DNA from: Polyangia bacterium
Lineage (GTDB): Bacteria > Myxococcota_A > Polyangia > Palsa-1104 > JAEUJZ01
NCBI GenBank assembly: GCA_044228505.1
Contig: JBGAUT010000001.1
Coordinates: 172,113-236,112 of the forward strand
DNA: 64,000 nucleotides
Direction: 5' to 3'
How positions within the stretch are numbered: position 1 is the stretch's first letter; every line of letters starts with the position of its first letter. Under the pieces are notes generated by a model, which was not told where the DNA came from, searched no databases, and was given only the letters and a program-made list of their open reading frames with translations. The position numbers and the translations under genes were made by a program. Of the stretch, positions 1 to 9,483 are shown in pieces.

Positions 1-477
1 GTCCTGCAAGAGCTAGAGACGCTCGGTCCACGACCTACGCCCGAGGCGATTGCCAAGCTGCCGTATCTGGAAGCGGTGTGTCACGAGACGCTGCGGCTTC
101 ATCCTGTGACGCTCGGCCTCGCCCGCTTGCTGACGGAGCCGTTCACGTTGCGGGAATACACCTTGCCAGCGGGCGCGACCGTCGCAGTCGACATCTTCAT
201 GCTGCATCGGAATCCGTCCCTGTATCCAGAGCCGGAGTCTTTCCAGCCAGAGCGGTTTCTCCATCGAACCTATTCGCCGTTTGAGTTCATGCCTTTCGGC
301 GGTGGCCATCGACGCTGCCTCGGTGCCGCGTTCGCGCTGTATGAGATGAAGCTGGTCTTGGCGACGCTGCTGCCACTTGTCTCGCTACGGCTCGTCCACA
401 ACCGCGAGTTGAAGACCGTATCTCGCAGCTTTGTCATGGGGCCCGAGCAGGGTGTCCCCATGGTGCTTGAAAGGTAA
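1..477 (+). CDS. Cytochrome P450, C-terminal part (5' end outside window)
   Basis: Frame is open from base 1; ExxR (HETLR), PERF and heme-ligand motif FGGGHRRCLG. Confidence 0.95.
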   Translation, partial: VLQELETLGPRPTPEAIAKLPYLEAVCHETLRLHPVTLGLARLLTEPFTLREYTLPAGATVAVDIFMLHRNPSLYPEPESFQPERFLHRTYSPFEFMPFGGGHRRCLGAAFALYEMKLVLATLLPLVSLRLVHNRELKTVSRSFVMGPEQGVPMVLER

Positions 478-801
478 CCAGCGCGGCGGGGAAATGAATG
501 GCGCGTATCGCCAGGGAACACAGACACCTTGACGCGCCTTGTCTATGGGCTCTAGGAATGAGCAGGGGTCGGTTGCTTTTTGCCATGGCCGCTCACGGAC
601 AGAACCAGACTCTGTAACCCCACTGTTCGTCACACATCTAGCGCGGTCGCAGGCGCTTGGACAGCCGTAGGATGTGGCGCTGGAGCAGAGCAAAGAACGA
701 TGTAGGAAGGCGACCCTTTCTGTCGACAATGAAGCATCCTAGCGTGCTCCCGCACACTTCCCAAAGCTGAACCTGAACAGTCGTTTCTCGACGAATACCT
801 T

Positions 802-1458
802 CAGACAGACAATCAACCAGCCAACATCTTGGTGGCGTTCGGGAAGGATGGTGGACCGCAGGTGAAGCTGGTGGACTTTGGTGTTTCGGCACTGGTGTCC
901 GCGCAAGTAGCGCCTCCAGTTGAACCGGAGCAGCCAGGGGCAGAGAGCTCACCTCGTCGACTTCCTGTTTCCGCATTCCTAGAAACGGTGGACGACGCTC
1001 CAGCGAGCAAGCCTATCGACGAGGATCTAGGCAGTGGCTCGACCGGGAGTCTGCCCGGGGTCGATCGCTCGCATTCTGCTCAAAGAGCGCACTCACTCAC
1101 CCAGACTGGGGTGATCATGGGCACTCCCTTGTACATGGCACCAGAGCTGGCGCATGGTGCAAAGCTGGCCAGGCCGTCTTCGGACATCTTCTGCTTTGGG
1201 GTGATTGGCTATGAGCTGCTGACGGGGAGACGGCCTTCGGAGAATCCACCGATGCTGCTTCGATTTAAGCCTGGAAAGAGCTGGTTTATGCCGCTCACCC
1301 AGCGCAATCCCAAAGTGCCGGTTGCGATCGCTGAGCTGGTCGAACGCTGTCTGGAGGTGAATCCGGCTCTGCGTCCAACCGCCGCTCAAATTTTCGCAGT
1401 GCTACGCAAGGTCTCCGTCTCAGATCCTGCGCCTTTGGCGGGTTCGATGAATCCCTAA
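802..1458 (+). pseudogene. Truncated Ser/Thr protein kinase (C-lobe only)
   Basis: DFG, GTPLYMAPE, SDIF and RPTA present. Catalytic loop reads QTDNQPANIL instead of HRDLKPxN. In-frame TGA at 730-732, and no Gly-loop or VAIK. Confidence 0.7.
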
Positions 1459-1505
1459 AGGTAACGCTTGATCCGCAAAATTTTTGTTTCGTATGATGGG
1501 CGTTC

Positions 1506-2306
1506 ATGCGTCGGATAGACCGAGACATTATCGATGTGCTGAAGTGGGTTGGCTTTGCGCCCTGGTCTCTCTTTTGGATGTCATCGGCGATCCTCTACGG
1601 ATTGGTCTTCCGCAAGGATCCACATACTCCGCTATCCTGGGCTCGGCGCTTCTGGAGCCCTGGTGCCGCCGTCATCTCGGGTTGCGATCTCACCGAGCAT
1701 CCTGGGTTTGTTCCAGAGCCCGGCAAGCCCTACATTTTCATGATGAATCACCAGTCGATGTTCGACATCGTCTGCGCCTTCATTCATGTGCCGGTTAACC
1801 TACGGTTTATCGCCAAAAAGATTCTCAAATCGATTCCGTTTTTGGGTTGGTATATGACCGTGACCGGGATGATTTTCGTCGACCGTCGCAATCGTGAGCA
1901 AGCGCTCCAGAGTCTCGCCGAAGCGTGCGATAAGATCCGCAGCGGGATTCCCATCCTGGTCTATCCCGAAGGTACACGGTCCAAGGATGGCTACGTTCTG
2001 CCCTTCAAGAAGGGGCCGTTTATGTTCGCGCTGCAGGCGGGTGTTCCGATTGTTCCCGTCGCCATCAACGGCAGCATCAACATCCTGCTATCCGGGAGCC
2101 CGTTTGTCAGGCCGGGCAAAGTCGACATCGTGATGGGAACTCCGATTCCCACGGCCGGGCTGGCCAAGGAAGATCGAGATCTGCTGATGAAGCGCGTTCG
2201 TGATGCGATCATTGATCTCCACGTGTCGATTGGCGGCAAAGGTGGTGACAAAGAGCAGTTTCTCGCTGCTGAAGGCAAAGAAGGTGTATCGGTCGAGGAT
2301 CGCTAA
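1506..2306 (+). CDS. plsC: 1-acyl-sn-glycerol-3-phosphate acyltransferase
   Basis: NHQSMFD (HX4D), FVDR, YPEGTRS and IVPV motifs. Confidence 0.9.
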   Translation: MRRIDRDIIDVLKWVGFAPWSLFWMSSAILYGLVFRKDPHTPLSWARRFWSPGAAVISGCDLTEHPGFVPEPGKPYIFMMNHQSMFDIVCAFIHVPVNLRFIAKKILKSIPFLGWYMTVTGMIFVDRRNREQALQSLAEACDKIRSGIPILVYPEGTRSKDGYVLPFKKGPFMFALQAGVPIVPVAINGSINILLSGSPFVRPGKVDIVMGTPIPTAGLAKEDRDLLMKRVRDAIIDLHVSIGGKGGDKEQFLAAEGKEGVSVEDR

Positions 2307-2463
2307 CCGCTCCCGCTGCTCTCCCCTCCCTGTGTAGTTCGCTTTGCCCAGCTCACGTCTTGGGTTCTGTCTTCCCGTTTACCACGCTACGGTGAGCGCC
2401 CGGTCAGGTGCTTGAGCACCCGCTGTAGTCCTCTGTAGGGTTGGTTGCTCTGTGCCTGATAAA

Positions 2464-2478
2464 CGCAAGTTACTTGCA
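2464..2478. promoter_or_regulatory. Palindromic operator cGCAAGT-T-ACTTGCa upstream of the TonB-dependent receptor (candidate Fur-family/Zur box)
   Basis: Perfect 6-1-6 inverted repeat; near-identical site at 24177-24191; second palindrome ATTTGC-AA-GCAAAT at 2536-2549. Confidence 0.55.
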
Positions 2479-2597
2479 AAAGAAGGCCACCCTTGCTTAA
2501 CATAGCCAGGTGGAGGGGCTCTCATGACACGTTCTATTTGCAAGCAAATGGCATCTGGGCCGAGAAGGAAGAGGACTCTATTTAGCGAGGGAATGCG

Positions 2598-4979
2598 GTG
2601 ATGACTCGTCGTATTTGGACTCCGGCGGTGGCCAGCGCACTCCTGGCTGCGCTGTCGGCACCGGCTGCCGCTACCGTTGATACGATCGTCAAAGGCTCGG
2701 TGCGTGATGAGTTGTTGGTGCCAGTGGTCGGCGCAACCGTTGGACTGTACGACCGGCACGGCAAGCTGCTGCGCGAGAGCTCGACCGCAGCCGATGGCAC
2801 TTTTTCATTTTTTGGAATTCCCTTTGGAGACTACGAGCTAAGAGCCAAAGCGCAGGGGCGGACAGAGTCGAAGCAGCGAGTCCAGGCCAGCTCCGCAAGC
2901 ACCAGTGAAGTAGAGCTATTCTGTGTGGCCAACAATGCCGTATCGGTGATTGTGGAGCAGCGAGAAGTTGCTCAACCCAGCCGTGCGGTCGGATCGATCT
3001 CAACCCTTGGCCGAGAGACCTTGAAGTCGCTGCCGAAAGGGGAAGACCGTCCGATTACAGAGGTCGTGACGACCCAGCCGGGCTTTGTGCAAGACGCCTT
3101 TGGGAATGTCTACTCTCGCGGCAATCATTCCAACATTCAGTATCAGATCGATGGCATTCCGATTCCTGATTCGGTGGGCAACCTGTTTGCGCAGTCGCTG
3201 CCGGTGCGGTTGATTGACTCGCTAGAAGTGATGACCGGAGGGATGCCCGCAGAGTTTGGGAATCGTCTGGCCGCTGTCGTCAATGTCAACACCCGACGAG
3301 GAACCAATTCCCTGGATGGCCTTGTGCAGCTTCGTTATGGATCGTTTCAGACCATCGAATCGAGCGGCTATCTATCGTGGGGGAGTGGGCCGTTTTCGTT
3401 CTTTGTCGGCGGTAGCTTTATGCAGTCGCAGCGCGTGCTGGATCCGCCCTCGATCACGCCAATCCTGCATGACGATGGACACAATGCTCGACTGTTTGCG
3501 CGGCTCGATTACGCACCGACCGGTCAGGATCGCATCGAGCTGTTTGTAAACTACGCGAAGAATCGCTTCGAGATTCCGATCGACCCAACGGTGGTTCCGC
3601 TCGATCCGAAGCGCCCCGACTTGGTGCGTCCGGTGGACTCCTTTGGTAACGAATCGCCCGCTTACGTGCCCCACGACACCGATGCGACCGAGACAGAGCA
3701 CGAGCTTTTTTTGACCCTGTCGTGGCTGCACTCCTTTGGCAAGCGCGGTCAGCTTCAGATTGCTCCGTACTACAAGATGTCGTTTGGTGCGCTCGCCTCT
3801 GATCCGGCGCATGCGTTGGGAGCACTGGCCGATCCGGGGTCGATCGTCAGCGACGTCACCCGTCGAGCTGAGCATGGTGGTGCGGTGCTTCACTACGCGG
3901 TGCAGGTTGGCAACCACCTGATCAAAACAGGAGCCCAGCTCAACTATCTACGGGGTGCGACCGACTACACTCAGTATGTTCGCGATGATGGTTCTGACAG
4001 TGGCGGCGTTGCTTCTGCTGAAGGCGGAACCGACCGCACGAGCGCTCTGCTCAGCGGGGTATATCTGCAAGATCGCTGGGAGTCGGGGCGGGTGGGAATC
4101 CAGTACGGAGTCCGCTTTGATCTTCAGCATGTGATGCTGGCGGACGGAACGACCAGTGATCAGTGGGGAATCAGTCCACGACTTGGGGCCTCCCTGGCAT
4201 TCCTGAAAGATCTGGTCGGACGAGTTTTTGTCGGCGTGCTGTTTCAACCACCACCGCCACTGGACTTGGGCAATGCGGCGCGAGTTCTCGGGGTGATTTC
4301 GCCGACAGAGAGCGTTCCCTATGACATCAAGGCAGAGACTGCGCTGTACGGAGAGCTTGGACTTTCGGCGCGGATATTGAAGAAGGTCAAGCTCTCTGTA
4401 ACTGGCTGGGGGAAGTACTCCTTTCATCAGTTTGATAACATCGCACTTGGTGCAACAAACCTCATCGGATCCTACAACTTCGAGCATGGTCGCTCCGTCG
4501 GAGTCGAGCTGTCTGCAGACATTGTTTTTCGCGACTGGTTGAGCGGTTTCGCCAATGCAACCTGGCTGATTGCGCAAGGACAAGGAATCTCTTCCGCCAA
4601 GTTTCTGTTTGCTCCCGATCAACTGGCCGATACGTCTTGGCAGACCCTGGACCATGCGCAGACCTGGACCGCCAACGCGGGACTGACGGTGCAGTACAGT
4701 GGTGCGTCGGTGACCTCGATGGCGACGTATGGCTCTGGACTTCGTACCGGTCCTACGAACGATCAAACCGTTCCGCATCACCTTCGCTTCGACCTGACAC
4801 TTCAGTATTCGTTCGAGAAGCTGCCGCTGCGACCCCGGTTGGCGATCGACATCATCAACCTGTTTGATTCGCACTACGCCTATCGAATTGGCAATGCCTT
4901 CGTCGGAAGTTCCTATGCCGCACCGCGTTCGGTGTTTGCACGCTTGGCGATTCCGCTCGACTTGGGAGGGACACCATGA
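2598..4979 (+). CDS. TonB-dependent receptor with N-terminal carboxypeptidase-regulatory-like domain
   Basis: Signal peptide; ADGTFSF..IPFGDY domain; plug motifs (SRG..IDGIP, GGMPAEFG); C-terminal INLFD..Y..PRS barrel end. Confidence 0.92.
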   Translation: MMTRRIWTPAVASALLAALSAPAAATVDTIVKGSVRDELLVPVVGATVGLYDRHGKLLRESSTAADGTFSFFGIPFGDYELRAKAQGRTESKQRVQASSASTSEVELFCVANNAVSVIVEQREVAQPSRAVGSISTLGRETLKSLPKGEDRPITEVVTTQPGFVQDAFGNVYSRGNHSNIQYQIDGIPIPDSVGNLFAQSLPVRLIDSLEVMTGGMPAEFGNRLAAVVNVNTRRGTNSLDGLVQLRYGSFQTIESSGYLSWGSGPFSFFVGGSFMQSQRVLDPPSITPILHDDGHNARLFARLDYAPTGQDRIELFVNYAKNRFEIPIDPTVVPLDPKRPDLVRPVDSFGNESPAYVPHDTDATETEHELFLTLSWLHSFGKRGQLQIAPYYKMSFGALASDPAHALGALADPGSIVSDVTRRAEHGGAVLHYAVQVGNHLIKTGAQLNYLRGATDYTQYVRDDGSDSGGVASAEGGTDRTSALLSGVYLQDRWESGRVGIQYGVRFDLQHVMLADGTTSDQWGISPRLGASLAFLKDLVGRVFVGVLFQPPPPLDLGNAARVLGVISPTESVPYDIKAETALYGELGLSARILKKVKLSVTGWGKYSFHQFDNIALGATNLIGSYNFEHGRSVGVELSADIVFRDWLSGFANATWLIAQGQGISSAKFLFAPDQLADTSWQTLDHAQTWTANAGLTVQYSGASVTSMATYGSGLRTGPTNDQTVPHHLRFDLTLQYSFEKLPLRPRLAIDIINLFDSHYAYRIGNAFVGSSYAAPRSVFARLAIPLDLGGTP

Positions 4980-5170
4980 GGCTCTTGGGAATCTGTCTGT
5001 TATCAGTGACTCTGTATGGAATCGGGGCGTGTACGCGGGAAGACGGAATCCCGAATCCACCGGTGCGAGCCCTGGTTCCCTGTGTGGTGGATGCTGCTCC
5101 GGAAGATCCGCTCGCATGTCCGGAGACCGAAAATCCCGATGCTGCTGGGCTGGATGCCGCTACCGATTGA
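4976..5170 (+). CDS. Small lipoprotein coupled to the TonB-dependent receptor
   Basis: ATGA overlap with receptor stop; GGAGG RBS; lipobox-like GIGAC. Confidence 0.65.
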   Translation: MRLLGICLLSVTLYGIGACTREDGIPNPPVRALVPCVVDAAPEDPLACPETENPDAAGLDAATD

Positions 5171-5184
5171 GAATGCGCTGGCGG

Positions 5185-8100
5185 TCACTTTGGGACGTTG
5201 CACAGCGGGGGCAGCTTTACATCCCCTAGGAATCGCTCCCGTTCGTCACGATTGAGGTCCCGTCCAGCCAAGCGACAGGCCTTGCCTACCCAGGACTGCA
5301 CCGCCAAATCCCATGCCCTGAGCGAGCCATCGTGACTGACCGTATAGGCGACTTGGCCGTCTGGGCTCATGGCAATGGCGGGGATGGAGCGAACATGGCC
5401 AAGTAGGCCCGGACCGACTGCCTGCTGCGTGGTTAGATCCCACAGGCGGAGCGTCTGATCTTCACTCACCGACGCGGCACGTCGACCATCGCGACTTAGC
5501 GCGACTTGATTGATGCGCCCGCTGTGACCACGCAGTGGCTCTCCGATGGTCTTGCCCGTCGCCAAATCCCACAAGCGGAGCGATTTGTCTTCGCTGCTGC
5601 TGAGTAGTCGCTCCCCGTCGGGTAGAAACTGGCAGCCGGTCACCGGATAGCGATGACCGACGAGTGGCTTTCCGATGAGCTGACCGCTTTGCAAGTCCCA
5701 GACCCGAATGCTCTGATCATGGCTGGCTGAGCACAGCCGCTTGCCATCGAGAGAAAACGAAGTACTCCACACCGCGCTACCGTGGCCACGCATTGTGGGA
5801 AGCGCCTCCTGACCGCTGCGGACATCCCACAGCCGCACTGCGGAGTCAAAGCCACCCATGGCCAGCCGCGTACCATCGGGCGAGAAGGTGAGGGTGTTCA
5901 CCAGTTCATCGCTTTGCCAGAGGGTGCGGGCGCTGTCGTTCCGCAAATCCCACAGCTTCACGGTTTTTTGAAAATCTGCCGAGGCCAGCAGCTTGCCATC
6001 TGGAGATAGCGCCACCGCGCTGACGCTGCCTTGGTGACCTCTCAGGACTCGGTCGCGGGTGAGTCCTTCGTCGCTCGCTTGCCACAGTTCGATCTGATTG
6101 CCCCAGCCTCCAACTGCCAGCAATTTGCCGTCGGCGCTCACCGAGACGCTCGATAGCTCGCTTTCCAAGACATGGGCCTCTCGTTCCAGCGGCGAGCGCT
6201 CGTCGACCTGCAGCTCGATCAGTCGTCCTTCCTCGGTACCGCTCCACAGCGAGTGACCGTCCGGGCTGAGCAGCAAGGCCTGAAGTGCCCCTTGTCGAGC
6301 ATGAAGAGGTGCTCCGACGGGCTGTCCGAGCTCGGGTCGCCACTTGCGAATGTCACCATCCCAGCTCGATGAAAACAGGAAGTTACCCGACTTCGGTAAC
6401 GCCAGCCCACTGACCGATAGACGATGTCCCCCGATTGGTTTTCCTTGCTGCTTTCCGGTCGACGCGTCCCACAGCAGAAGGTGCCCTTCCCAGTCTCCCG
6501 CCGCCACGAGCTTGCCGACAAAAGCGACTGCGCGCACGGTATTTGGGGCACCAGTGAGGAGTTGAAGTCGTCGTGCCGTTTTGGCATCCCACAGTCGTGC
6601 CGTCTGATCGTCGCTCCCCGATAGCAGTTGCTTGCCGTCAGGGCTGTAGCTGAGTGCCATCACCGCTCGCTGGTGTTCGCGAAGTGGTGGACCCGCCAGT
6701 TCCCCGGTCTTTTGATCCCACAGCAGAATCGTGCCGTCCTCGCTACCGGTGGCCACGGTGCGTCCGTCAGGGCTTGTGGCCAACGAGCGAATTGCGGTTG
6801 TGTGACCGCTCAGCGGCGTGCCAATTGGTTGTCCCAGTGATGCACCGGGCTCGGCATTCCAGGCCTTGAGCAGCTTGTCAGTTCCCGCCGAAAACAGTCG
6901 TTTTCCGTCGCTGGAAAAGCCAAGTGCCGAGGTCTCACCCTGATGTCCCAGCCACGCCGCTCGCTTTGGTTGGCCGGACTTTTCATCGAACAGCCACACC
7001 ATGCCATCTTGAAAGCCCGCTGCCAGCAGCGTCCCATCGGGGGACTGCGCCAGCGAGCGGAGCGGGGTTCCCGCCGTATGAACGATTCGAGTGAGTGGAG
7101 CTCGTCGCTGCAGAAGCTGAAGCAAAAGCCCCTCGGAATCGGCCCCGCTTTGCAGTTGTTCCGCTGCCACCCCAAGAAGCACCGCCAGATCCGGCGCATC
7201 GTCGCGATGGACTTGGGCCTGGGCGACCAAAAATCGCAGTGTCGCCAGCTTCTGTCTGTCCGTCGCCAGCTTGCGAGCTTCGGCCTCTGACGCGGCCCAG
7301 TGTTTGGCCTGTTCTTCTCTGACGTTGGCCCAGCGTCTTTCACGCAGCGCCCACAGTAGCAGCCCCGTCGCCGAGCCTGCCAGGAGTAGCGTCATCGTCG
7401 CGACCGTGCGCCACCACCGGGCCTTGCCCGTCGCTCGCTCTTGCTCCAGCAGCATCGCCTGCTTGGTCTTTTCAATCGCTGCCGCTCGCGTTTCTGCCTC
7501 CGTCCGCTCGACGGTTTCGCGGCTTTCTTTGACCAGTTGACGTACCGCTTCGCTGACCCCCAGCTCGTGGGCATCGGCACCCAGCATGAACTGCTCGGCT
7601 TCTCGCGTCTCGACTGCATCAAGCAGGCCGCCACCGCGACTCGCCAGCCGCAGCCGCTCATCAGCTTGCAGCTCCAGCCGGCGTCGCACCCGTTCGGCCT
7701 GCCGCAGCTCGGACAACCAACGTCGTAACCGGGGCCAAGCACGCAGCATGACCTCATGCGACAGATCGACCAGGACCACTTGGGTTCCATCGCTGGGACC
7801 GGGCTTGGATTCCTCTTTGCCATCGGGACGCTCGTCAAAGCCTGGTTCTTTCCCGACGGTGGTAGTGATAAGTCGTGCTCGCACAAGTCGCTGCAAGAGC
7901 GCCTCGGTCTGTTTGGCGTCGTCGTCCGCTGCCAACAGGGCGGACCACGCCTGTTGGCGACGGGTATGCGGTCGTCCCTCTCCAAACTGGGTAAGTCTCA
8001 GCAGGGTTCTTCGACACAGCCGCTGCTCAAAAGGGGACAGCTCTGCCAGGACTTCCTCGGCATGCAGAGTCAGTGCTGCGCCCAGTCCGCTCACGAGCTG

Positions 8101-9483
8101 TGGTGCGCCCGGCACCGACGGTTCCAGAAGCTGCGCCAGCGCATCGTACGCCCGCAGCGTCAGTCGTCGTCCCTCGCGCCGTTCCCACAGCAGCACCAGC
8201 GTCTCTTGCAACAGCGGCAGCGCCCCCGGTTCGTCGGCGACCTCACTACGCAGCCTTTCAAGCAGACCCGACTCGACATGGAGCCCTTGCTGAGCCGCCG
8301 GTTCCACGATCGCCTCGACCAGCCGCTCGCCGGACAGCGGCGCTACTTCCAGCCGCTGCGCTGGATCAATGGGCCACAGCCGACTCGCCATCAGCTCTGG
8401 GAAGAAATCGGCACGCAGCACCAACACCACGGACACGGAGGGGTGCTCTCCAAGGGCTAGCACCTTGGTCAGAAATTCCTGCTGCTCGGCTCGCTTATTC
8501 GACAAAAAGAGCTCTTCGAGCTGATCAATGATCACCACCAGCCGCGACGACGACGACTCCTGTAGCAGCGTGCGCAGCGCTTCCGGCGAAGGCAGAGCGT
8601 CTTGGCTAGGTCGCAGCAGTCGGGTTGCGCACACGCTGTGGAGCTGCGGCAAAAGACCCGCTTGGACCAGCGAGGTTTTCCCGGAGCCCGAAGCGCCAAT
8701 TACCAACAGCAGGCGGTATCGACGGATGTTTTCTGCGAGCCAGGCGATCTCGGTGCGGCGACCAAAGAACTGCGGTCCTTGATCGGCAGCGAAAGACACG
8801 ATGCCGGGATACGGACACCGTGGCGCAGTCCTTCCAATGCCCTGTTCGGCGAGCTTGGCAAATGTGGCCTCTATCGGACAGGCGAACACGCTGCCCGCCA
8901 CCGAGTTGCCTTGTTCGTCGAGCGTTGCCCAGCGCAAAAGACCCGCCACGGACCCTTCGACCCATACCGGCGCGCCCGATAGGCCGGCGAGCGGTGCGCC
9001 GCGACCTGCTGCCGCCTCCTCCGAAAAGAGCTGAATGGCGGGGCTCCCGCCGACGTGGCTGAGCGTCGAACGGATCTGGCCACTGACCCACAACCCGTCG
9101 GGCCGTGCCTCGGGAAAGCCCAGCGACAGCCACGACATCGCTTCTGCACCGAGATCTTCCTCTGTCAGCGGTAAAAGAGGCACGGGCGCGAGCGGTTTTC
9201 CGTCGACACCTTTGGGTTTGTCATCGAGCCGGAGCAGTGCATAATCCGCGTGGCGATCGTGCGCAACCAGAGTTGCCGTGACGGCACCGGATGGGAACCA
9301 CAGCTTGATGGATCCCAAAGGCTCGACGACCGCAGCGCTGCGATCGGCAACTACGTGCAGCGCGGTCAGTGCATGCTGCTCGGCAACGAGGAACGCGGTC
9401 CCTCTGTGCTCACCTTGCGCAGTCGACACCTCGACGCGTGCCACCGCCGCTTGGAGCGCTCTGCGGTCAGGGCGGTCGGACAT
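5185..9483 (-). CDS. Trypsin-like serine protease - nSTAND1 NTPase - TM - WD40 repeat protein
   Basis: Triad motifs TALHV, DYALL, GLSGAP; CPYPG..FFGR; Walker A GASGSGKTS; Walker B VVIIDQLEE; ALPLLQ; hydrophobic helix; about 14 GH..WD repeats. Confidence 0.92.
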   Translation of the reverse strand: MSDRPDRRALQAAVARVEVSTAQGEHRGTAFLVAEQHALTALHVVADRSAAVVEPLGSIKLWFPSGAVTATLVAHDRHADYALLRLDDKPKGVDGKPLAPVPLLPLTEEDLGAEAMSWLSLGFPEARPDGLWVSGQIRSTLSHVGGSPAIQLFSEEAAAGRGAPLAGLSGAPVWVEGSVAGLLRWATLDEQGNSVAGSVFACPIEATFAKLAEQGIGRTAPRCPYPGIVSFAADQGPQFFGRRTEIAWLAENIRRYRLLLVIGASGSGKTSLVQAGLLPQLHSVCATRLLRPSQDALPSPEALRTLLQESSSSRLVVIIDQLEELFLSNKRAEQQEFLTKVLALGEHPSVSVVLVLRADFFPELMASRLWPIDPAQRLEVAPLSGERLVEAIVEPAAQQGLHVESGLLERLRSEVADEPGALPLLQETLVLLWERREGRRLTLRAYDALAQLLEPSVPGAPQLVSGLGAALTLHAEEVLAELSPFEQRLCRRTLLRLTQFGEGRPHTRRQQAWSALLAADDDAKQTEALLQRLVRARLITTTVGKEPGFDERPDGKEESKPGPSDGTQVVLVDLSHEVMLRAWPRLRRWLSELRQAERVRRRLELQADERLRLASRGGGLLDAVETREAEQFMLGADAHELGVSEAVRQLVKESRETVERTEAETRAAAIEKTKQAMLLEQERATGKARWWRTVATMTLLLAGSATGLLLWALRERRWANVREEQAKHWAASEAEARKLATDRQKLATLRFLVAQAQVHRDDAPDLAVLLGVAAEQLQSGADSEGLLLQLLQRRAPLTRIVHTAGTPLRSLAQSPDGTLLAAGFQDGMVWLFDEKSGQPKRAAWLGHQGETSALGFSSDGKRLFSAGTDKLLKAWNAEPGASLGQPIGTPLSGHTTAIRSLATSPDGRTVATGSEDGTILLWDQKTGELAGPPLREHQRAVMALSYSPDGKQLLSGSDDQTARLWDAKTARRLQLLTGAPNTVRAVAFVGKLVAAGDWEGHLLLWDASTGKQQGKPIGGHRLSVSGLALPKSGNFLFSSSWDGDIRKWRPELGQPVGAPLHARQGALQALLLSPDGHSLWSGTEEGRLIELQVDERSPLEREAHVLESELSSVSVSADGKLLAVGGWGNQIELWQASDEGLTRDRVLRGHQGSVSAVALSPDGKLLASADFQKTVKLWDLRNDSARTLWQSDELVNTLTFSPDGTRLAMGGFDSAVRLWDVRSGQEALPTMRGHGSAVWSTSFSLDGKRLCSASHDQSIRVWDLQSGQLIGKPLVGHRYPVTGCQFLPDGERLLSSSEDKSLRLWDLATGKTIGEPLRGHSGRINQVALSRDGRRAASVSEDQTLRLWDLTTQQAVGPGLLGHVRSIPAIAMSPDGQVAYTVSHDGSLRAWDLAVQSWVGKACRLAGRDLNRDERERFLGDVKLPPLCNVPK

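Noticed and set aside
2307-2597. Cobalamin or TPP riboswitch upstream of the TonB-dependent receptor
   Set aside because: Could not find the conserved cores by eye; an Rfam scan would be decisive
3948-5117. 389-aa minus-strand ORF
   Set aside because: Almost entirely antisense to the TonB-dependent receptor; typical high-GC shadow ORF
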